A stretch of 39,579 nt of DNA from an uncultured Pseudomonadota bacterium (GTDB lineage: Bacteria > Pseudomonadota > Alphaproteobacteria > Rs-D84): NCBI GenBank assembly GCA_902776515.1, contig CACYQE010000006.1, positions 1-39,579 of the forward strand. The letters are read 5' to 3'. The notes below the pieces were generated by a model that saw nothing but the letters and a program-made list of their open reading frames with translations, searched no databases and was not told the DNA's origin. The first letter of the stretch is position 1. The number at the start of each line of letters is the position of its first letter. The position numbers and the translations under genes were made by a program. This document shows positions 35,803 through 39,579 of the stretch, in pieces.

Positions 35803-36774
35803 ATGAAAGCTTATCTTGATATTTGCCAAGAAATTCTGGACACAAAAACAAACCTCAGCGATAACAGAACCGGTATAAAAACATTACGCAATCCTGCGGG
35901 TGCCGTGTTTGTGCACGATATGGATATGGGCTTTCCATTGATTACTACAAAAAAAATGGGACTTAAAAACATCGCAACTGAATTAGAATTTTTTATCAAA
36001 GGAATCACCGATAAAAAATGGCTACAAGACAGAAAATGCACAATTTGGGACGAATGGGCAAACCCACAAAAATGGCAACGCACATATCAATATACATTGT
36101 CAAAATTACAATGTGAATATCAACGTAAATTAACCGACCAAGAAATGCAACAGGTCAAAAATAAATGCATGAACGATGAACGTGATTTGGGGCCCGTATA
36201 TGGTTTTCAATGGCGGCACTTTGGCGGTAAATACGAATTTGACCCGGTTCGCATTGACAAGGATCCAACTGATAATGTAGACCCATATCATATTGGTGTT
36301 GACCAAGTCAGTAAAGCTATTGACACATTAAAAACAGACCCAAACAATCGCCGTATTATCGTCAATGCTTGGAATCCTGTGGATGAACATAAAATGGCAT
36401 TGCCACCATGTCACATAATGCACCAATTGTTGGTTGATGGAAACCGTTTGAATTTAATTTGGACACAACGTTCGTGCGATATGTTTTTGGGCATACCTTA
36501 TAACATCGCGTCTTATGCATTACTTCTTATGTTGTATGCAAAAGAAACCGGATTAAAGCCGGGAATACTAAAAGGCGAATTACACGATGCCCACATTTAT
36601 GAAAACCATATTCCACAAATGCGTGAACAAATTTCACGCACACCGTACGAATTACCAACCGTTGAAATTCCGGATGAAAACTGGAAAGGTATGCTGGCTT
36701 GGGAATCTGCAAACGGTTTCAAATTAAAAAATTACAAATGTCACGACCGTTTGCGTGGTGATGTAGCACGTTAA
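35803..36774 (+). CDS. thyA: Thymidylate synthase ThyA, long form with small-domain insertion
   Basis: DRTGIKT, GPVYGFQWRHFG, catalytic LPPCH, TQRSCDMFLGIPYNIASYALL. 323 aa, with extra residues between WDEWA and LGPVYG. Confidence 0.93.
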   Translation: MKAYLDICQEILDTKTNLSDNRTGIKTLRNPAGAVFVHDMDMGFPLITTKKMGLKNIATELEFFIKGITDKKWLQDRKCTIWDEWANPQKWQRTYQYTLSKLQCEYQRKLTDQEMQQVKNKCMNDERDLGPVYGFQWRHFGGKYEFDPVRIDKDPTDNVDPYHIGVDQVSKAIDTLKTDPNNRRIIVNAWNPVDEHKMALPPCHIMHQLLVDGNRLNLIWTQRSCDMFLGIPYNIASYALLLMLYAKETGLKPGILKGELHDAHIYENHIPQMREQISRTPYELPTVEIPDENWKGMLAWESANGFKLKNYKCHDRLRGDVAR

Positions 36775-36799
36775 AAAATGGGGCAAACGCCCCATTTTT
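36775..36799. terminator. Bidirectional terminator between thyA (+) and the RND gene (-)
   Basis: ATGGGGC (36778-36784), loop AAAC, GCCCCAT (36789-36795), with an A-run before and a T-run after. Confidence 0.8.
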
Positions 36800-39572
36800 A
36801 TTTTCTGGTTATTTTTCTACGTAAACGTTCCATCGCAAAGAACAATGCCGGTGTTAAAACAAATGTCCAAATCAATGATGCCAACATCCCCCCAATCATA
36901 ACAGCCGCCATTGCCGTCTTCATACCGTTCACACTCCACAATTGGGGCAACATACCCGCCATAACCGCAATAGATGTCATTAACACCATATTCTTTTTAT
37001 CGTTCAATTCGGTCCATATAGCGGTCTTTATATCTTCACCGTGTTTGACACGATTGATTGTTGGTTCCAATACCAAAATATTATTGTTAACCACCAAACC
37101 AACCAACATAACGAATGCCAACATCGCCCCAACGTTCACCGATGCACCCGACAAAAACAGCAACGTAAATACACCCGCGAAACTGGTTAAAATAGATGTC
37201 GCAATCGTTAATGGATGAATCACAGAATTCAAAATTGCCGCCAACAACATAAAGGTCAAAATGGTTGCTAATAAAAATGCCGTACTGATTTCATCGGTGG
37301 TATCAGATTGAATTTCCGACATTCCGCCAAAACTGTAACCATACCCAGATTTCCAATCAATTTTTGACAATCCTGCTTCTATTTTCTTTTGTACCGGGCC
37401 ACTGGTAGATTTTCCGATACCAACATCAATTTCTGTTATACGCTTTTTATCCAAACGGCTAATATTAGGCGTTGCAAACGTTTGTTTTATTTCACCCAAT
37501 TCGGATAATGGCACCATGCCTTTTTGGGAATTTACAAAAACATCTTCGAACAAAGCGATGGTTTTAAACGGACGTGCAAATTCCAATACTATTGGATATT
37601 CTTCGCCATTTTCCTTGTATTTATATACATCATTACCATACAACGCTGTTCGCAATGTGGAACCCGCATAGGAATTTTTGATGCCCCAAAAATCCATTTT
37701 GTTTTTATCAGGTGTAAATCGAATTTCACTACCTGGTTTTTGTTGTGCCAAAACCGCACTTTGGACTTCTGGAATATTATTGATGATATCTAATGCCATG
37801 GTGGCATATTTTTCACGCACCGCATCATCTTCACCATATACATTCAACACGATATCCCCAGAAGACGAAGAAGAAACATTTTCACCGGCCTTGATTTGAA
37901 ATTCTACATCCGGTATTTTCGCCAATTCCGGCAACATTTCACGTGCTAATTTTTTATCCGATTTACGTCTGTCGTCTATATCAACCAAACCGACCTTGAC
38001 AGATATGTTTTGTAACCCACGTTGACCAATTTTAACAGATGTAAATTTAACTTCGGGGAACGCTTTCAATGTTTTTTCTATTTCTTGGGCTATTGCCTCG
38101 GACCGTTCAAAAGTCGACCCCATTGGTGCACGTGCTGTAACTGTTATTTCATTTGCATCTGTTGTGGGTTGGAATTCATTTCCAGTAAAACGCATCAAAA
38201 ATGTAGAAGCAACCAATATACCAAACGCCGCCAAAATCACACGACCAGAATGTTTGTATTGATAATCAAACCATTTATAAAAAGCCGTGTTTTGTGATGC
38301 TTTGGCAACCTGTTTTTTTTCAACCTTTTGCTTTTTATCTTTATCTGTTAAACGCAAAATCTTTGCAATCATCATTGGAGTCAACGTAAACGAGAAAACC
38401 AACGACAACAATGTTAAATACACGACCGTCATACCAAACTGCAACATAAATTTACCGACAATCCCGCCCATAAACGCCAAAGGCAAAAACACAACCACAT
38501 TTGTTCCAACACCCGCTAATACGGAAACCGCAACACGCTTGGTTCCATCAATAGCCGCATCTTCTGGGGCTTTGCCGGCACGCATTTCTTGCAATGCGGC
38601 CTCTATCAAAATAATAGCATTTGATACCAATGTTCCCAATGCCGATGAATACGCCAATAACGTCATCGCATTAATTGTAAAACCACTGCCGTTCACAAAA
38701 AACAACCCGGCGATTAATGATGCAGGTATCACAACACCCGCAATAATTGTTGAACGCCAATTACGTGTAAACGCCAACAAAACCAATACAGTAAAAACAA
38801 CACCTAAAATAATTCCATTAATTGTGTCATTCGTTTCATTTGAAACAGTAATAGAAGAATCAGAAATTAATTCCATTGTGGCATTTGGAAATCTTGACTG
38901 TAAATCAGATTGAAGCTCGGGCAAACTTTTGTTCAATGCCTTGGATACCTTGATGGCATTACCATCAGATGCCTTTACCACAGACATCATAACAACTTTT
39001 TCGCCATTTAAACGTGCACCCGTTTCAATATCACGTGCAGAATCTGTTACGGTTGCAATATCCGACAGACGGAATTTCTGACCTTCGGATGTTGTTAAAT
39101 GCAAATTCTTGATTTCATCAACTGATGAAAACTCACCAATAAAACGCACACTGGATGAATCTGTTCCTGTTTCAATTTTACCCCCGGGCACATTCAAGTT
39201 GTTTGTTCCCATTGCTGATACAACGTCCAAAATTGTGATTCCATGTGCCGCCATAGATTCAGGATTCAAAGCAACACGAATTGCACGCTTTTCACCACCA
39301 AAAACACTTACACTGGCCACACCGTTAATTCCGGTAATTTTATTTGCCAATGTGTTATCCGCATATTCTTGTAAATCACGCAAAGAGGCACCACGCAAAA
39401 CAACATCAACAACCGATGTTTGCAAGGGATTCAATTTTTCAATCACCGGTTGTTTCAAATCAGTTGGGAATTCAGATGCCAAAGCATCAATTTTAGATTT
39501 AACCTCGGTCGCTTTGTCATTAACATCAACGCCGATAAGATAATTTTTTTCATCACATTTTTCTCCTTTTCT
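36798..39572 (-). CDS. RND (AcrB/HAE1-type) efflux transporter. The N-terminal ~85 aa are unaccounted for: 5'-truncated, frameshifted, or cut by the window edge
   Basis: Porter and TM domains are recognisable throughout. The listed TTG start at 39482 is internal. The same frame stays open upstream (..EKNYLIGVDVNDKATEVKSKIDALASEFP) to an in-frame TAA at 39575-39573. TM1 and the first porter segment are not present in this frame. Confidence 0.8.
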   Translation of the reverse strand, partial: RKGEKCDEKNYLIGVDVNDKATEVKSKIDALASEFPTDLKQPVIEKLNPLQTSVVDVVLRGASLRDLQEYADNTLANKITGINGVASVSVFGGEKRAIRVALNPESMAAHGITILDVVSAMGTNNLNVPGGKIETGTDSSSVRFIGEFSSVDEIKNLHLTTSEGQKFRLSDIATVTDSARDIETGARLNGEKVVMMSVVKASDGNAIKVSKALNKSLPELQSDLQSRFPNATMELISDSSITVSNETNDTINGIILGVVFTVLVLLAFTRNWRSTIIAGVVIPASLIAGLFFVNGSGFTINAMTLLAYSSALGTLVSNAIILIEAALQEMRAGKAPEDAAIDGTKRVAVSVLAGVGTNVVVFLPLAFMGGIVGKFMLQFGMTVVYLTLLSLVFSFTLTPMMIAKILRLTDKDKKQKVEKKQVAKASQNTAFYKWFDYQYKHSGRVILAAFGILVASTFLMRFTGNEFQPTTDANEITVTARAPMGSTFERSEAIAQEIEKTLKAFPEVKFTSVKIGQRGLQNISVKVGLVDIDDRRKSDKKLAREMLPELAKIPDVEFQIKAGENVSSSSSGDIVLNVYGEDDAVREKYATMALDIINNIPEVQSAVLAQQKPGSEIRFTPDKNKMDFWGIKNSYAGSTLRTALYGNDVYKYKENGEEYPIVLEFARPFKTIALFEDVFVNSQKGMVPLSELGEIKQTFATPNISRLDKKRITEIDVGIGKSTSGPVQKKIEAGLSKIDWKSGYGYSFGGMSEIQSDTTDEISTAFLLATILTFMLLAAILNSVIHPLTIATSILTSFAGVFTLLFLSGASVNVGAMLAFVMLVGLVVNNNILVLEPTINRVKHGEDIKTAIWTELNDKKNMVLMTSIAVMAGMLPQLWSVNGMKTAMAAVMIGGMLASLIWTFVLTPALFFAMERLRRKITRK

Positions 39573-39579
39573 TTATAAT

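Noticed and set aside
35803-36774. Long (323-aa) ThyA as a possible fusion or novelty
   Set aside because: The extra residues sit where the known long-form thymidylate synthases (for example the Lactobacillus casei type) carry a small-domain insertion. All catalytic motifs are intact.
38287-38913. 208-aa plus-strand ORF (also 36778-37218 and 39109-39543) antisense to the RND gene
   Set aside because: The RND reading frame is unambiguous. The antisense ORFs are Asn/Ile/Thr/Ala-rich mirror products.
39540-39552. Possible programmed -1 frameshift at the A7 run joining the RBS-proximal ATG frame to the RND frame
   Set aside because: The heptamer context is G AAA AAA, not a canonical X XXY YYZ site in the zero frame. 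The product would still lack TM1 of the pump. A truncation or indel explains it more simply.
1-39579. Searched for tRNA, rRNA, CRISPR arrays, IS elements or transposases, integrases other than xerD, and phage or defence gene clusters
   Set aside because: Intergenic regions are all about 130 nt or shorter and are accounted for by promoters and terminators. I saw no repeat-spacer pattern, no cloverleaf-sized gaps, and no transposase or defence-like ORFs.

Overview
Low-GC bacterial chromosomal segment, densely coded, about 45 genes. I infer an alphaproteobacterium from the gene content: GapR/DUF2312, an alpha-type AddB, SecB, DUF721/DciA-like, and divergent rsmI and lpoA-like genes. Most of the window is housekeeping: xerD, a J-domain protein, trxB, serS, typA, recA, secB, ruvC, yebC, ruvA, xth, engB, rsmI, pyk, comEC, truA-fmt-def, rmuC, thyA and an RND pump. 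I saw no rRNA, tRNA, CRISPR array, transposase or phage genes.

The one clearly accessory block is a six-gene surface-glycan glycosyltransferase island (about 5965-11655) between typA and recA. Its first gene carries a C10 homopolymer, which makes it a candidate phase-variation switch.

Three or four conserved genes look broken:
- mltA has an internal deletion plus a frameshift.
- mnmE has a short deletion that removes the DTAG/G3 motif, plus a frameshift.
- addB is frameshifted and has no adjacent addA.
- The RND pump may be 5'-truncated at the window edge.

This suggests either ongoing gene decay or assembly indels.

Three genes have no family I can recognise: a 293-aa secreted protein with 22 Cys and four CxxC motifs, an 84-aa membrane-anchored protein with two CCP motifs, and a 181-aa orphan with a palindrome over its ribosome-binding site.

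I found no convincing multi-gene novel system such as a defence or toxin-antitoxin module. All calls come from reading the ORF translations and the DNA by eye. No searches were run.
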